Origin: Cirrosporium novae-zelandiae
Taxonomy: Eukaryota
Assembly: GCA_026023565.1 (NCBI GenBank)
Contig: JAPETS010000006.1
Span: 62,001 to 126,000, forward strand
DNA: 64,000 bases
Direction of reading: 5' to 3'
Part shown: piece by piece, positions 48,741-62,823 of the stretch
Layout of the letters: each line of letters begins with the position of its first letter
Position numbering within the stretch: position 1 is the first letter of the stretch
Program-made: the position numbers and the translations under genes
Notes under the pieces: generated by a model
Databases searched by the model: none
Told to the model about the DNA's origin: nothing
The model's input: the letters and a program-made list of their open reading frames with translations, nothing else

Positions 48741-51357
48741 ATGACTACTCCTCCAGGAAAGCAACCTTCGAGATGGGGTTCGTTCTTTGAGAAGACATTA
48801 GCTGGGGTGGAATCCAGACTCGATAATATTCTTTCTGATGAAGCTGACTTGCCCCAAAAACCTGCTCCTAAAGCAACTCCCAAAGCTGTCGGCTCAACTC
48901 AGCGTCCCTCAATAGAACGTACAGGCAGTAAGCCCCTCCAATTGAGGTTATGAGGTTCATTTTCCATGTATACTGATCTAAACCCTAGGTCTTTCTCGAA
49001 CTTCTTCCCAGCGCCGTACAGATGATCGATTACAGGAACGCCTGGCTAAGGCAATGATTAAGGCTAATGGAACACCACACACTGGTAGTCCTCGATCATC
49101 CATAGACCAACCTTCCAGACCAGCAAGTCCAGCTTTAAAAATCACAAGTCCGCGACCGAGTCTCGATGTCAAGGTCGAAAAAGAAGCAGACAGCACAAGG
49201 GTGTCGGTTGACTTGAATCAGGGTACCAAACAGAATGGTGAAATATCTACGCAAGACAAGGACAGGTTTGAAGATATACTGGTCTCAACATCCGCACCAC
49301 CAGACGCCGATACTATAGTCTCCCAGCCTTCAAGTCCGACGTCGTATTCGCAAGAGGGCTCTGAGGATAGGGAGCCCTCCACAAACGGATCAAAAGGTGT
49401 TGACTCTTCTCTTCACCCTACGGTATCTGATGCCGATTTCGCACCACTCCGAACTCAGCATGAAGCATCTGAACTCCGGTGGCAGGAGGAGGTCCATTCA
49501 TATATAGAAAAGATCGATGCCCTTCAATCCAAGCTCCAATACCTTACGCGAGAAGCAGCAGAATCTGCCAGAAAGGTTGCTGTCTCTGTAGACAAGGGAA
49601 GCCTTGAAAGGAAATTAGCCGAGAAAGACGAGCAGATAGCTTTGCTAATGGAGGAAGGCCAGAATCTCTCAAAGGCAGAACTGAAGTACATGAATATCAT
49701 CAAAAGCCTAAGGGTTCAGGCAGAGGGGAGTAACAAGAGCCTATCCGAGACCCAGAAGAGAATGGAGAAACTGGAAAGGGATAGGGTAAACTTTGAAGAA
49801 AAAGCCAAGCGCGCAGAAATGCGCGAGAAGAAGACAGCTGAGAAATTGAAAGTCCTTCCAAAAATCGAGAAGGAGATTGAAGAAATCAAGGCTGAACGTG
49901 CTTCAAGTATGGCTACAATTGGTGATCTGCAGGAGCAGCTTGTCCGTGCTGTAGCGAGAGCTGAGGAGGCCGAGAGTCGAGTACAGATGGAAGCGACAGA
50001 AGCGGAGAAGCAGAAGGTTCGATCATTATTGGATGACCTATCCAATGCTAAGATAGAGCGAGAACTTAGCGAAGAGAAACTGAAACGGCAGATTCGTGAT
50101 CTCAAAGAGCAAGCAGAAAGAGAAAAGGAGAGAGCAAGGACAACGGAAGTCGAACATCGTAGTGAACTGGCATCACAAGAAAGCCGCCTGGAGGCCCTGC
50201 GTTCCCGAGCGGAAGAGGCTTCATCCGGAAACACCGGCGATGCACAAGCAAAGCTCCTACGTCAGATTGAAATGCTTCAGACTCAATATACTGTGGCTAG
50301 TGAAAACTGGCAAGGAATTGAAGGTTCATTGCTTTCTAGAATATCTCATTTGGAAAAGGAGCGTGATGAAATGACAAAACGAGAAGGCGACATGCGGAAA
50401 AAGGGCCGAGAAGCAAATACTAGGTCAAAGAGACTCGAGGAAGAATTAGAAGGGGTGATGAGTAAACTATCAAATGCTGAACAAGAAATATTTGAAAAAG
50501 GCCAGCAGCTCGAGAAGCTACAACAACGCTTAGACTCTACGGAAAAGGAGTTTGTCAAAGCCAAGAAGGAGTTTTCCAAAGAACAGCAATCCTTAAAAAT
50601 GTCCTTCAATCAACAACTTGATGATGAGAGAGCGAAATGGCAAGAAGAACACTTGTCAAATCGATTCCTATCTCGCAATGAATCTCCTGTCGCTTCAAGT
50701 AGACATCACTCTGGCGCAGACATTTCAAGCCTACAGGCACGACAACACCATAGGGACCGAATTCCCTCCGTTGAAGTGGGCAATTTGTTTAGTACTGAAC
50801 GACTTATGAATAGGCGGCCATCTGCACAACCCATGCAGTCATCAGACCTAGGAACTCCTCCAAGACCAGACTCAGCAGCCTCATCTAGATATCCACCGCA
50901 CCAACGATTGCCACCGGAAGCGCCTTCCATTCATACGGTTGACCAAGATGAACTATTTGACGGTGTTGAATCGCCTGCTACTCCAAAAGTTAATGACCTC
51001 ATTTCAGTATCTACCGTTGCTGCAGGTCCATCTGTTCAGCTTGTAGAACGCATGAGTGCAGCTGTTCGACGTTTGGAGAGCGAGAGAGCTGCCTCAAAAG
51101 ATGAGTTGGCACGATTATCTGCACAACGCGACGAGGCACGCCAAGAGGTTGCTGACTTGATGCGAGAGGTTGAAGAGAAAAAGGTTTTGGATGAGCGAAT
51201 AAAGGTTCTTGAAAAGGAACTTGGCCAAATTAATGATCGATACCAAACAACTCTGGAAATGCTTGGCGAAAAAAGCGAGCAAGTGGATGAACTACAAGCG
51301 GACATTGCAGATTTGAAAAAAATCTATCGTGAGCTTGTGGACAGTACCATGAAATGA
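48741..51357 (+). CDS. TMF1/Sgm1-like coiled-coil golgin
   Basis: N-terminal WGSF..GVESRLD; LAEKDEQIALLMEEGQNLSK; ASENWQGIE; C-terminal VQLVERMSAAVRRLESE..TTLEMLGEKSEQVDELQADI; one intron. Confidence 0.88.
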
Positions 51358-51474
51358 TATCACCAACATTTCAATTCAGAGAACCACCCCTCGAATGAAA
51401 ATTATCTGGTTTACATTCGTTTAGGGGATCCTCCTTAGAATATATTGAAGATAATCATCCGATCCAGGCGTTTG

Positions 51475-52581
51475 CTAAGGTAGATCAATTCCCTCCCGTT
51501 CAGCACTCTGCAGGATGTATTTCCGAACCTTAATCCGAGTAAGCCACGACGTTTATTTGGGTTGATGATACAAGTTACCTTGGGGTCTGGAGCTAAATCG
51601 ACGGCAAGATTACCGTCAATATCCCTTTTATCTGCCTCAGCTCCTAATTTCAACAGGAGAAGCGCAGTATCCCCGTGACCTTCCGATATAGCTGAGTCCA
51701 GTCAGCCTCTTTAGAGAAAGACATCTCTACTCATACTGACCGTGGTGTAAAGCTGTTTGACCAGATATATCGGTGGCATTCAAAGGGCTCTTGTTATTTA
51801 CAAGCAGCTGGACCATTGGCACGGATCCTATGGCTGCCGCCCTATGAAGGGGGAGCTGCCCTCGTTTATCTTTGATGCGTGCTGAAGCGTTCTGGGCGAT
51901 TAACTTTCGAGCAATGTCAAGGTTATTCTTGGATGCACAAAAGTGGAGTGCTGTCTATATTAAAAGGTTAGCATTTAGAACGCACTTTTGTGACTATGTT
52001 TCCAATACTTGGCCGTTATAATCTAAATGAAGTAATGTTAGTTTAAGTAAATGGCATTTATTTAGCTCTGCAATGGTGTGGCACACTTTTCATATTGATA
52101 TCTGCTTCCTTCCTGAGAAGAAGATCAAAGATTTCATCTGCGTCTTTGAGGTTTGCGGATATCATTAGAGGAGTCCAACCAGATGCATCCTACACAAAGA
52201 GTCAGCGCATAGAATGATAAAATCTCGTAGTCAACACACTTGAACATCTGGATCAAAGAGTTTACTAGCAACAAGTAGTTCAACAACTGGAAGATGGTTA
52301 TAAGAAACAGCCCAGTGGATGGGTAATCGATCATCATCATCCCGCAAATTAGCTAGGCGTGGATTTGCCTGTTTACGAGATTAGTACCAATGTAAATTAT
52401 GTAGGCAGATTCAACTAATCATCTCGCGCACATTGAGGAACGACTCCACTGCCTGTTCTGGATAGTATATTAGTTCTACATTCTGTATAGACATCTAAAT
52501 ATCCGCGTTGCAACCCTACTTACCCCGACCTTCTCGAGCTGCTTCATGAATAGCGAACTTTGCCTGGCGATCTGGATCCAT
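51475..52581 (-). CDS. NAS6: Ankyrin-repeat 26S proteasome assembly chaperone (Nas6/gankyrin)
   Basis: Largely missed by the ORF track. Spliced reading MDPDRQAKFAIHEAAREGR/EQAVESFLN/ANPRLANLRDDDDRLPIHWA../DASGWTPLMI../TALHFCASK..GQLPLHRAAAIGS..GQTALHHAISEGHGDTALLLLKLGA. Eight exons, including a 14-nt microexon at 52009-52022. Confidence 0.88.
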
Positions 52582-52890
52582 CTTTTTAATGCAGCTGAAA
52601 TGCAAGCACAGATGTGAATGAATAAAATAGAAATATTAATAGATCTTTTGAATATACTTGGAAGGCAACTCGCTTTTCTTGCATAAGTTGTTGAAATATC
52701 TTGGCACTGGAAACCTGGAAGCTTGGACCACCTCAAGTTTGATCGTTACTCTACAGCAATACCTCATTATTTCAAACTCATCACACAACTTCTATTCTTT
52801 TCAATAAATCCTACAAGTGTTCTTCACGTCTTTAATCTATCCCTATATGATTGCTGAAGGGCTAATATATACAAAGAACTAGCTGCGAAG

Positions 52891-54336
52891 ATGATGGAGG
52901 TTTCCAGGGCTGAAGAGTTTCAAGCTGCTGCAGCAGAGTCCCGCAACAGATTAAGAACGCGATCGCTCTTCGGAGGTGATTATGGACTAGTGTCTACACT
53001 TGGAGATTCTATCAACACTGCTGAGAAGACAGCCCTTGCTGTCCATGTACAGAACGAATACGACGATGTCCGCGAATTACCTCCAGCTTTGGCCGCAAAA
53101 CAGGCCAACGCAGCCGCTGCAGCTAGAAAGAAACGCCAGAAAGCTCAAGGGGGCGACGATAAGCCATCAGATCCAAGAAAGGCGAAATTGATTGAAGGCA
53201 TACCTACGAAAAATGGAGCCAACGGTACTGGGGCCTCTTCGGCCTTGGTAATACGAAACGGACAGAAGGGAACACCCAATGCAAATGGGCCTACTCTACA
53301 ACGCGACACACCGTCATCAAGCTTAATAAGGAGGCAAAACATTCAACAACCAAGGCCGGATTGGCACGCGCCTTGGAAATTGATGAGAGTTATTTCTGGT
53401 CATATTGGGTGGGTTGAGAGCTTGACTGTGGAGCCAGGAAATGAGTGGTTTGCAAGTGGTGCAGGTGACAGACTAATTAAAATATGGGATCTAGCCTCAG
53501 GACAGTTGAAACTGACACTGACTGGTCACATTTCACCTGTTACAGGACTTGCCGTATCACCACGGCACCCTTATCTATTTTCCTGCGGTGAGGATAAGAT
53601 GGTCAAATGTTGGGACTTGGAAACGAACAAAGTGATTAGGCACTATCATGGCCATCTGAGTGCTGTAAAAGCATTATCCTTACACCCAACCCTCGACGTC
53701 CTTGTTACTGCAGGCCGAGATGGTGTCGCGCGTGTCTGGGACATGCGAACTAGAAGTAACATCCACGTCTTATCTGGCCATAAGCAATGGGTATCAGATG
53801 TCAAGTGTCAAGAGGCTGATCCGCAAGTTATCACCGCGTCCCAAGACTCTACCATCCGTCTTTGGGACTTAGCTGCTGGTAAAACCATGTCAGTCTTAAC
53901 ACATCATAAGAAAGGCGTTCGGACATTGGCCGTTCATCCTACGGAATTCACATTCGCAAGCGGGAGCACTGGGAGCATCAAGCAATGGAAGTGTCCGGAG
54001 GGGGCGTTTATGCAGAACTTTGAAGGACATAATTCGATTATCAACACCCTGAGTGTGAACGAAGACAACGTCTTGTTTTCTGGTGGTGACAATGGCTCTA
54101 TGGCATTCTGGGACTGGAAGTCCGGTTATAAATATCAGTCATTGAGTACAATTGCTCAACCGGGATCCCTCGATGCAGAAGCAGGAATTAAAAGCTCTAC
54201 TTTCGATCACACCGGCTTACGATTGATCGTTGGAGAATCGGATAAAACAATTAAAGTGTGGAAACAGGATGAAGAAGCGACGCCGGAAAGCTATCCTCTA
54301 GAGTGGAAGCCAACTTTAGGAAGACAAAAATACTAG
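52891..54336 (+). CDS. PRP46: Pre-mRNA splicing factor Prp46/PLRG1 (WD40)
   Basis: [52 protein letters not shown]; intronless. Confidence 0.97.
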   Translation: MMEVSRAEEFQAAAAESRNRLRTRSLFGGDYGLVSTLGDSINTAEKTALAVHVQNEYDDVRELPPALAAKQANAAAAARKKRQKAQGGDDKPSDPRKAKLIEGIPTKNGANGTGASSALVIRNGQKGTPNANGPTLQRDTPSSSLIRRQNIQQPRPDWHAPWKLMRVISGHIGWVESLTVEPGNEWFASGAGDRLIKIWDLASGQLKLTLTGHISPVTGLAVSPRHPYLFSCGEDKMVKCWDLETNKVIRHYHGHLSAVKALSLHPTLDVLVTAGRDGVARVWDMRTRSNIHVLSGHKQWVSDVKCQEADPQVITASQDSTIRLWDLAAGKTMSVLTHHKKGVRTLAVHPTEFTFASGSTGSIKQWKCPEGAFMQNFEGHNSIINTLSVNEDNVLFSGGDNGSMAFWDWKSGYKYQSLSTIAQPGSLDAEAGIKSSTFDHTGLRLIVGESDKTIKVWKQDEEATPESYPLEWKPTLGRQKY

Positions 54337-56784
54337 ACATGGAAGGTCTTCGTCCAATGACATCCAGCATGTTTACGGATTAGCATAATTATTTCTCGGT
54401 TCGCGGATATGAGGATGCATGTGGATTATTTGACATGGCTTGCCCTCAGCCTCCAAGTCCTTTTTTCAGTGCCAGTATCCCCCTTAACGTCAAGCTTCAC
54501 AGAATAAATCAAAAATATCAGGAAGACATTATATCATGGCCACCGGTCTACCCTAGGATCTAAAATATGTAATTTAATACAGGAGAACGCGGAAGGGGGG
54601 TGTATCACAATACTGGATCTTTGGGGGCATTTAGGTAAAACAAACGACGGTCCTATTCATCTAGAGGGCTAAATACTAATGGCTTAGGATCATATGCAAT
54701 GAGCCAAGATTTGGAAAACCACTCGTCTATGGATCTAAATATGGATTGAAACACATGAACCCAATGACGAGCTATGAGCTATTTACCTGGGGTATTCAGG
54801 GCAGGTAGTCGGCCATCCTGAGGAGACGTTTTAGTGGCTATCGCGCCTAGTTGACTCCGCCTGATAGGATCGTTTACAACCAATTTATAGACTAAATTGA
54901 ATTCCCTTCTTGATCAGCACTCATACATATTGATCAGACACGAATGGATGATCTTGTCCTCTTTATATATGAGGAAGGACTCTTTCATTCCTACCGATTA
55001 TTATGAGACTGGATGAGCTAGTCACATTGTATATGACTGTCGACAGTGGTTTATGATTCATGATCTCGATCCTATATTCAATCCTTGTGAAGCGTGAATT
55101 GTTTGTATGTGACTTGGAATGGGGTAGACAGGGTTCTGGCACGTGAGAAGCGTTTATAAATACAGGCCGTGGGGATATACGAAACCTAGCCATTAGTAAT
55201 TGGTCCTCTGATACCTAATTCTTCGAACTTGATAGTAAGAGGTCTTCAAGCAAAATGAGAATTGGTTAGATATAGTCTCCGATGGGAATCGATTTTTGTA
55301 TTTTATATATCGGGGAGGCCTTCAAATAATATGAACAGAAGTAAAAGTTGAATGTGATATTGTAGACTGGACGCAAATAAACAAAGATAGTTTGCTCACA
55401 TTGTTTTAAGTCTACCTGGGTATATTGAATGAAAAATTGTTGGGTTGGATTAAAGAAGTACCTGGTATATTTTCCCAAGTCCACACTGGTGGAAGGCCTT
55501 CCCAAAGGCCAGGCCAGTTAGACATGTGGTTGTCGGTCTGTCAAGTAACTTGGTTGCATGCACGCACATGAAAGCGGGAGACACTGAAAGTCGAGTCCTA
55601 TCATAATACACTTGAAAGCTCTAGTAAAAAGAGTGAACTAGGTTTCTCGGGTTTAATGTAATAAATGTTTCTATTTCTTGGCGGACGCGCACAAATTTGT
55701 AGAGGGCTGTCGTTAAAGTATAGACAAACGTTCTAGTCATCTCGCTTGGGACAGAAAAGCATTGCAGATGCTTCATCGTGAGATTACTTGTAGCTGGTGC
55801 TAGTTTCTGCACAATAACTCTGGGTCAGACGATGGAAGAGAAAGAACGGGCCAGGGAAATGGTAAGGTAGGTAAGATTGGTAGGGATGAGTTCACCACTA
55901 GCAGGTTATTGTCTAACATGGCGAGAAGAGCCCCCTGTCAAGCTATTTCGATGGTATCTGTGAAAGGTATTGGCAAGCTAGATAGCGTGAGTGAAGGTAA
56001 AATGGTCTTCTGATTCCAGAACGAGGTCTTGATAAACTTGGACTGTTGGCATCTCAGGGTTACAAAAGAGCAGACAGTGAGGTGTTCATGAATAGTAGTA
56101 CCCATTATTACATATAGATCTAGTAAAATAAAGATGGGAAGTACCCATACTTCCCAAGAGATTTTTCCAATAGTCGAGTTAGATGAAAACGTTAGCGTCA
56201 AACCAAAGGTCGGGGTATAATCGAGAGAACTATCGGCGGACTGTGGACGATGTGAAAAATACTTCAGTGGATCAAGAGTCGTTTGCTTTAACTTCCCAAT
56301 TGTTTTGATACCCTGATACCATGGTATGATTCTTGCAGTTAGTACATATAAATTATCCCTATTTTATTGCTAATTACTCAAGGTATGACGCATATAGTTT
56401 CATATTATATGAGTGGCTGACACCTTGATCACCCGTGAGCAAGTCATTTTTTACCATTATTTTCGTGCTTGACAAGGTAACAGACCTGCCTCGTGGGTCT
56501 CATTCAGGACTCAGCCCATTTGGAAGCTATGCCCATCATGCACACGGTCCATCTCCTATGGGTTGAGAGTTGAGACAAAATATCAGACTGGGCTAGATGC
56601 AGGAGTTGCACCCAGTCCCTGGAAATGCATATCGGGCACCCACACCCCTAGATCCTTGGTCTTCATTTATTAACAAAAAACTTTGTGGTGTTGAATTATT
56701 CATATTGACTGTATTGATGGAAGTTAAAAGAAAACTACTCGGACTTGCAACAACTACATCAAATATTACGTATCAAAGCTCTTA

Positions 56785-56965
56785 CTCCGCAAAATGGGGT
56801 TTTTGGGGACTTTAGTACGGAGATGACTCTCCGCAAACTCCAGATTTGCGGAGAAAAAAAAAAGGTCAAGAGAGTGATGGTTAAATGATGGGGAAAGAAG
56901 GGAGTTCTACCACGAGTCCACGACAGGTCGACTTCCTATTGATCAATAACAGTTAATGGGCGGGG
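56785..56965. promoter_or_regulatory. Cluster of CreA/Mig1-type SYGGRG sites upstream of the second sugar porter
   Basis: CTCCGC 56785 and 56829, CTCCAG 56838, GCGGAG 56848, GCGGGG 56960; includes a perfect 10-bp inverted repeat at 56828-56854. Confidence 0.45.
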
Positions 56966-57634
56966 TGATGATATTTAGCGCATTATCATGAACCTCAGAA
57001 ATTACTGTGTTTGAGCTTTATTGGTGGAATAATTTCCATGGATATTTCGTGGAAACAAACATCTATCAAAGCAGTAATCAAGCTTATTAACTTCCTACGG
57101 CATTGTTTCCTCGTTCAATATCTCCCGTTGTCGGTCTCCTCTTAGACAGTCCGCTTAGCTTCTGGCCACCGAGTTTCGGGAGTTTAGGGTTATTCTCGGT
57201 ATCACAACCATCTCGCCATTTGGTCAACACCCAGATAGACTTCCTATCAAAATCCTAGCATTGGTCAAATCAATCAAATCAGTCAAACCCTGCTCGACTG
57301 TCAATTGGATTTTGCAAGTCCATATTTCAATCACTATTCGTTCTCGCTGTGCTGATGCGGTTATGGATCCCCCCTAAGTGGACCTTAAAGGAGAACATCC
57401 CAGTTTATCATATCCATCGATATTAACTTGACACCATATGTTATCTGTGCTTTCTTTATCCTACATCTAACTAATATTTAACTTACCATCTTCCCTGGTG
57501 CTTATTTTTTTGGTCCATTTTGCTTTATAAGGCTCTACCGAGTATATCTTTCCAGTTGATTGATACCATTAGTTGTCTACTCTAGGGAGAGGATTATTCT
57601 AATCGTTTCAAGGAACCAGAAACTGTCAGTCATC

Positions 57635-59493
57635 ATGGGGTGTTCAATGACAGGCAAGAGGGCCTATAATTGGTGAGTCGCATACCCACAATCTCCTATC
57701 TTTGATATTATGAGTGTATAACTAATCTCCCCAGGTATATCTCTTTAGTTGCGGCAGCTTCTATGCAGATTTACGGATACGATGCTTCGGTTTTGTAAGG
57801 GACCTCTCCATCGTCTTGACTTTGCTGATGTTGATCCAGTAATTCTGTCCAAGGTTCCGACAACTGGTTAGAATGGTTCGACAATCCAAGTAATGAGATG
57901 CTTGGAGCAATCAACACGTCGTATGTTGTAGGGGCAATTGTAGGAGGATGGTTCTTTGGCGGTCCCGTTGCAGACTACTTGGGTCGAAAATGCGGAATGG
58001 CTATTGGATGTTTCCTTGTCGTGATTGCAACTTTTGTTCAGGCCTTCTCTCCCAAGGGAGATATTGGTGCCTTCATTGGCGGCCGGGTTCTAATTGGTTT
58101 GGGACAAGGCATTGCTTTGAGTAGGCGTCCCTCTATCAGTTTTTTAATCACCAGCTAAGCAGTTTTCCTAGCTTCGGGTCCAATCTACATCGGCGAACTC
58201 GCACCAGCTGAGATCCGTGGTAAAATAATGTCCTTCTGGCAAATGTTTTACTCGGTCGGCTCGTTCATATGTTTCTGGGTCAACTACGGCTGCACTCAGC
58301 ACAAAGAACATTTGGGCCAGTGGGACTGGAGAATGGTTGTAATGTTCCAACTTTTGGTGCCTATCATAGTCCTCGTTTTGATTCCTTTTATTCCCGGCAC
58401 TCCCCGATGGTATGTCACCTTATTAGTTCTAATATGTAGGCATGTCTAACCGTATCCTAGGTTCATTAAGCATGGAAACAATGTGGACAAAGCGCGTCAG
58501 GCACTTCGGCGGGTTCGAGATACCGAGGAGGATATTGAAGACGAAATCCGTGTAATCCGCGAAGCCATTGAATATGAGAAAGAGGCGCTCTCTGGTGGCT
58601 ATAAAGCTATATTCACAGATCCTTCCATCCGCAAGCGTCTTCTTCTTGCTTTCATTATTAATGCCTGTCAACAAGTCAGTGGTCAGGGTACACTCAACAC
58701 TTATTCCACGAAGATCTACCAGCAAGTCTTCTCGAAAGCAAGCCAGATCTCTCTGATAAATGCTCTTAATGCGACATTTGGCATTCTTTTTACTTTAAAT
58801 GCGACATGGACTGTCGATCGATTTGGACGAAAATTCCTGTTGATTGTTGGCGGTATTGGTATGGGAATTTGCATGATCATCGTCGCGGCTGTCGACACTG
58901 AGACTCCGGATGTAAATGGAATCAAGTCTCAGCCAGTTGGCATATCGTTGGTCTTCTTATTGTTCCTCTTCATGATGTTTTGTAAGTCTAGGCTGTACAT
59001 GGATATTCATTCCCGGCAGACATTTTTTTACTAACTATTCATCTATAGATAAACCATCTTGGGGAGCGACAGTCTGGATTTGGACCTCGGAAATATTCTC
59101 CTTGAATGTTCGTGCTCAAGCTGTAGGGATGGCTTCTCAATGCCAGAACATTGCCAATGCGATTGTCCAACAGTTCTTCCCAACGTTCCTCGACAACTGC
59201 GGTTTTTGTAAGTCCTTGAGGATGCTTTTTGTATATGATATTCTGCTAACGATGATGTTATAGATGCCTTCTATATGTTTGCGGGAATCAATTTCCTCAT
59301 GGCCATATTTGTGTATTTCTGTATCCCAGAAACCAAGCAGGTGTCTCTTGAGGAAATTGATGCGCTCTTTGGTGGTGCTAATCATGTGGAGAAGGGGGCC
59401 AGTCTCATTTCTACAGTAAATTCACACCAATCCTATGGTGATGGAGGCAGCTCCGACAAGAGAATAGCTAGGACACGGGAGATTGAAGGTTAG
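57635..59493 (+). CDS. MFS sugar porter (substrate uncertain)
   Basis: YGYDAS, DYLGRK, YIGELAPAEIRG, PGTPRW, QQVSGQ, DRFGRK, KPSWG..SEIF..R, PETK..LEEID; six introns. Confidence 0.93.
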
Positions 59494-60048
59494 ATAACTA
59501 GATGGAAGTGATGGTTGAATGGGACTTCTTTTAGATAGGTACAGTACATAATAAACTAGAGTTACACGGTACACTATATTATGTATGATAGGTTCTTAGC
59601 AAGTTAGTTAGTGCCCGAGTAAGCTGAGAGTTAGTTGATTGGTTGGTTGGTTAGTTGGCTGGCTTGATGTATTAATTATTCTTAGATATCTAACTAGATA
59701 TTTTGACAGACGTTAAATATTCATCTAAGCTCAGACTTATTCAGCCCTGCAGGAAGTTGTTTGTATTCCGTGGCCGTCATTGCTCGACTATTCCTTCTTT
59801 GGTTGCATTCGGAATTCACAAATTCACAAAGTTCCCTAAACCTTCCCTTTCTCGTTCCTCAACAAGCTGTTGCCCTGCCCGCAGAATCCTCGCTAATACT
59901 TAAGAGCATCGTGTCTTCTTTGAAAAAGGCCACTACGGTCAACAACCCTCGTCACCTTTACAAGATATAGCTCTGTCGCCCTTATAAATTCCACTGACAC
60001 TTCTTTCCCGCCTTTGGATTTGTCTAAACACCATAATTGCTGCGCAAG

Positions 60049-61309
60049 ATGGCGCAGATACGAGGAACGGCGGGGTATCATCTTGGGCACCAGAATCCCT
60101 TTGGCGGTCCTGGTCGACCAGACGCAACCAACGATCCAAGTCCTTTGGATGCCATTCGAGAGCAAACAAGTAAAATTGAAGACTGGCTCGACACGATTTC
60201 AGATCCAGTGAAACCGTACGCTAGAAAATAAGTACTTCGGTCTGCGGCTTTTTACCTCGCCTTCCATTTGCACACCGGAGGCAGATGCGTAAAGCCGCAC
60301 TTAAGAGCCCCCAGCTAATATGGATTTTCTGTTACAGATATCTGCCAGCAATTGGTCGTTTCTTGATTGTCGTTACCTTCCTCGAAGATGCCCTCCGGAT
60401 AATTACGCAATGGAGTGACCAGCTTCTCTACCTCCATGATTATAGACACAGTAATCCTTTTTTTGCCCCCTCTCCCCCCCCGCCAAATTCCCCTCCTCCC
60501 GAGTCTGGGGAACAAAAGAGCTAATACTTGTAATCACTTGTCGACAGTTCCTAGTGGCCTCACGCACCTTTTCCTCCTCGGCAACGTATTTGCCATGACT
60601 GTCTCCTCTATTATGATCATTATTCGCAAACACACCGATTACGCTGTCGCAGGTCTCCTTGCTGTCGTTGTTACTCAAGCATTTGGTTATGGCCTTATCT
60701 TCGACCTCAACTTCTTCCTTCGCAACCTCTCTGTCGTCGGTGGCCTCCTTATGGTCCTTTCCGACTCCTGGGTCCGTAAGAGGTTCGTCGGTGCCGGTCT
60801 GCCCCATATCGATGACAAGGACAAGAAAATGTACTTCCAGCTGGCTGGACGTGTGTTATTGATTTTCCTCTTTGTTGGGTTCATATTTTCGGGTGATTGG
60901 AGCTTTGGTAGGGTCTTGGTTAGTATCGTGGGATTTATCGCATGTGTGATGGTGGTTGTAGGGTTTAAGGCGAAATGGTCAGCAACAATACTGGTGGTAC
61001 TTCTAAGCATTTTCAACGTGCTCGTCAACAATTTCTGGACAGTATGTCTTCTTCGCATGCCTTCTGGGAAATTTCTATTTGTGGGGACAGCTACTGACTC
61101 TCACGCGACAGCTTCATAAGAATCATCCTCACAAGGATTTCGCCAAATACGACTTCTTCCAAATATTATCCATCGTGTAGGCACCCACCCCACTTCGTTG
61201 ACTATTCGCCCCAAGGGCCTAGCTAATTCCTTCTAGCGGTGGTCTTCTCCTCCTAGTTACCAGTGGCCCCGGCCAATTTAGTGTAGACGAGAAGAAGAAA
61301 GTCTACTAG
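60049..61309 (+). CDS. ERV29: COPII cargo receptor Erv29/SURF4
   Basis: PYLPAIGRFLIVVTFLEDALRI, FFLRNLSVVGGLLM, KYDFFQILSI, C-terminal di-lysine tail DEKKKVY*; four introns. Confidence 0.96.
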
Positions 61310-62823
61310 ACGACCCCCTTTCGAAGTCTAAAAGACGAGGCCTATTATATTACAATCTTTTCCCCCACAATTGTTCGTCGGTCAATCAAGCTTGGAAATG
61401 CGGTCGTGACTTATGTGTATCTGTGTCTGTGTCTGTGTTTGCCCTAAACCGAAAAATTTCTATACCATTATTATCCCCCCAAATCATGTGAGGGATTAAA
61501 TAGAGAGTCAACCAAACCCTGTTTGCAAAGAGAAAAAGGACGAAAAGAGAAAGAAACCCCCCGAAAAAAACTAAAAGAGAACAGGGAAATTGATATAAAG
61601 CTACATACCTACCTACGTCTTCCTTTGATTTCACTACCCATCCGTCCTATAAGCACTAAACAAAACATAACAAAATCTTCCTTTTTTTATTCCTTTTCTA
61701 CAAGTTCCAACCCCCAAACATCCATCTCACTAGGTACTTGCTTTTCAATTTCTTCCTCTTTCTCCCTTAGTTAACCAACGAAGAAAAAAAAATTGTACTT
61801 ATACTTCTCTCTTTCTCTTCTTCTTTAATGAGAATAGGGGGGTCTCTCTCTCTCTCTGCATTGGAAAACGGACGACATACATAGCTTTGTAGGTTTAAGA
61901 TAGCGAAAGGGAATGGAAGAAGGAAAGAGGAAGGAGTCGGGAGAAATGTTCCATGTTGCAGTAAGGGCATGTTAAAGTATACGTTGTGATTACCAATTAA
62001 TCAATTAGTTACGGAATATATCCATCTCATCTAGCTAGTTAATATCATTCTTATCTCGGGACTCCATAAACTACGACGAGCAATGGGGGCGTCTTGTAAC
62101 TGATCCCGACTCAACTAATTGCTACAAAGTGTAGGAGAGTACCATAGTACTTGAGTTGAAGATGAAGATTCCAAAGCTGTTCTAATTTCTACCAGTACCG
62201 CTAACCTGTTCCCCCTGCATCATTTCGTCCCCAATCCCACCCCCGTCTTCCCTTTCCAACCCCGTTTCCCCTCCTTTCAAAAGTACACCCCTAACAACAC
62301 AAATCAGAACAGTCGCGACGGAGGCAGTTCATGCTTCTTTTTCTGTCACTTTACGGACCAATGAACTCCTCCATTTCAATGATGATAAACAACACCATCG
62401 CAGCAGCATGCAGGGCAAGACAATATTCAAAATGCTTTGCTTTCCTTCTTCACCGCTTATTCGTTCCCTCCCGAATTTGCCCCTTCTCTAAATACACGTA
62501 TGATAAACCCAAACTCCTTGCTCGGAAAACCAATGCAAAATATATATTTCTCAACAACCAAAAAAAAAGAACTGAATCTCAAAACCTTCCCAAAATAGTC
62601 TTGCTCATCTTCTCCCCTCCAGTAGAGATGGCAGGGGATTGTATGTACAAGTGCAGGGGTTCCTACAATGTCCAGAGAAAATTAGGGAAAACCAAACAAT
62701 AGAATGATATTGCTAAATGAGTGTACGTGACAAGCAATCAAGCAAGCCGAGTGATTTATCATGCCTCATGTCAACTTTCTTTTGTTGATCTAATGGAATC
62801 CTTCACGGAAGAATTCAGCGGAT

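Noticed and set aside
54400..56700. Long spacer with scattered 60-87 aa ORFs
   Set aside because: No recognisable gene, LTR pair or terminal inverted repeats found.
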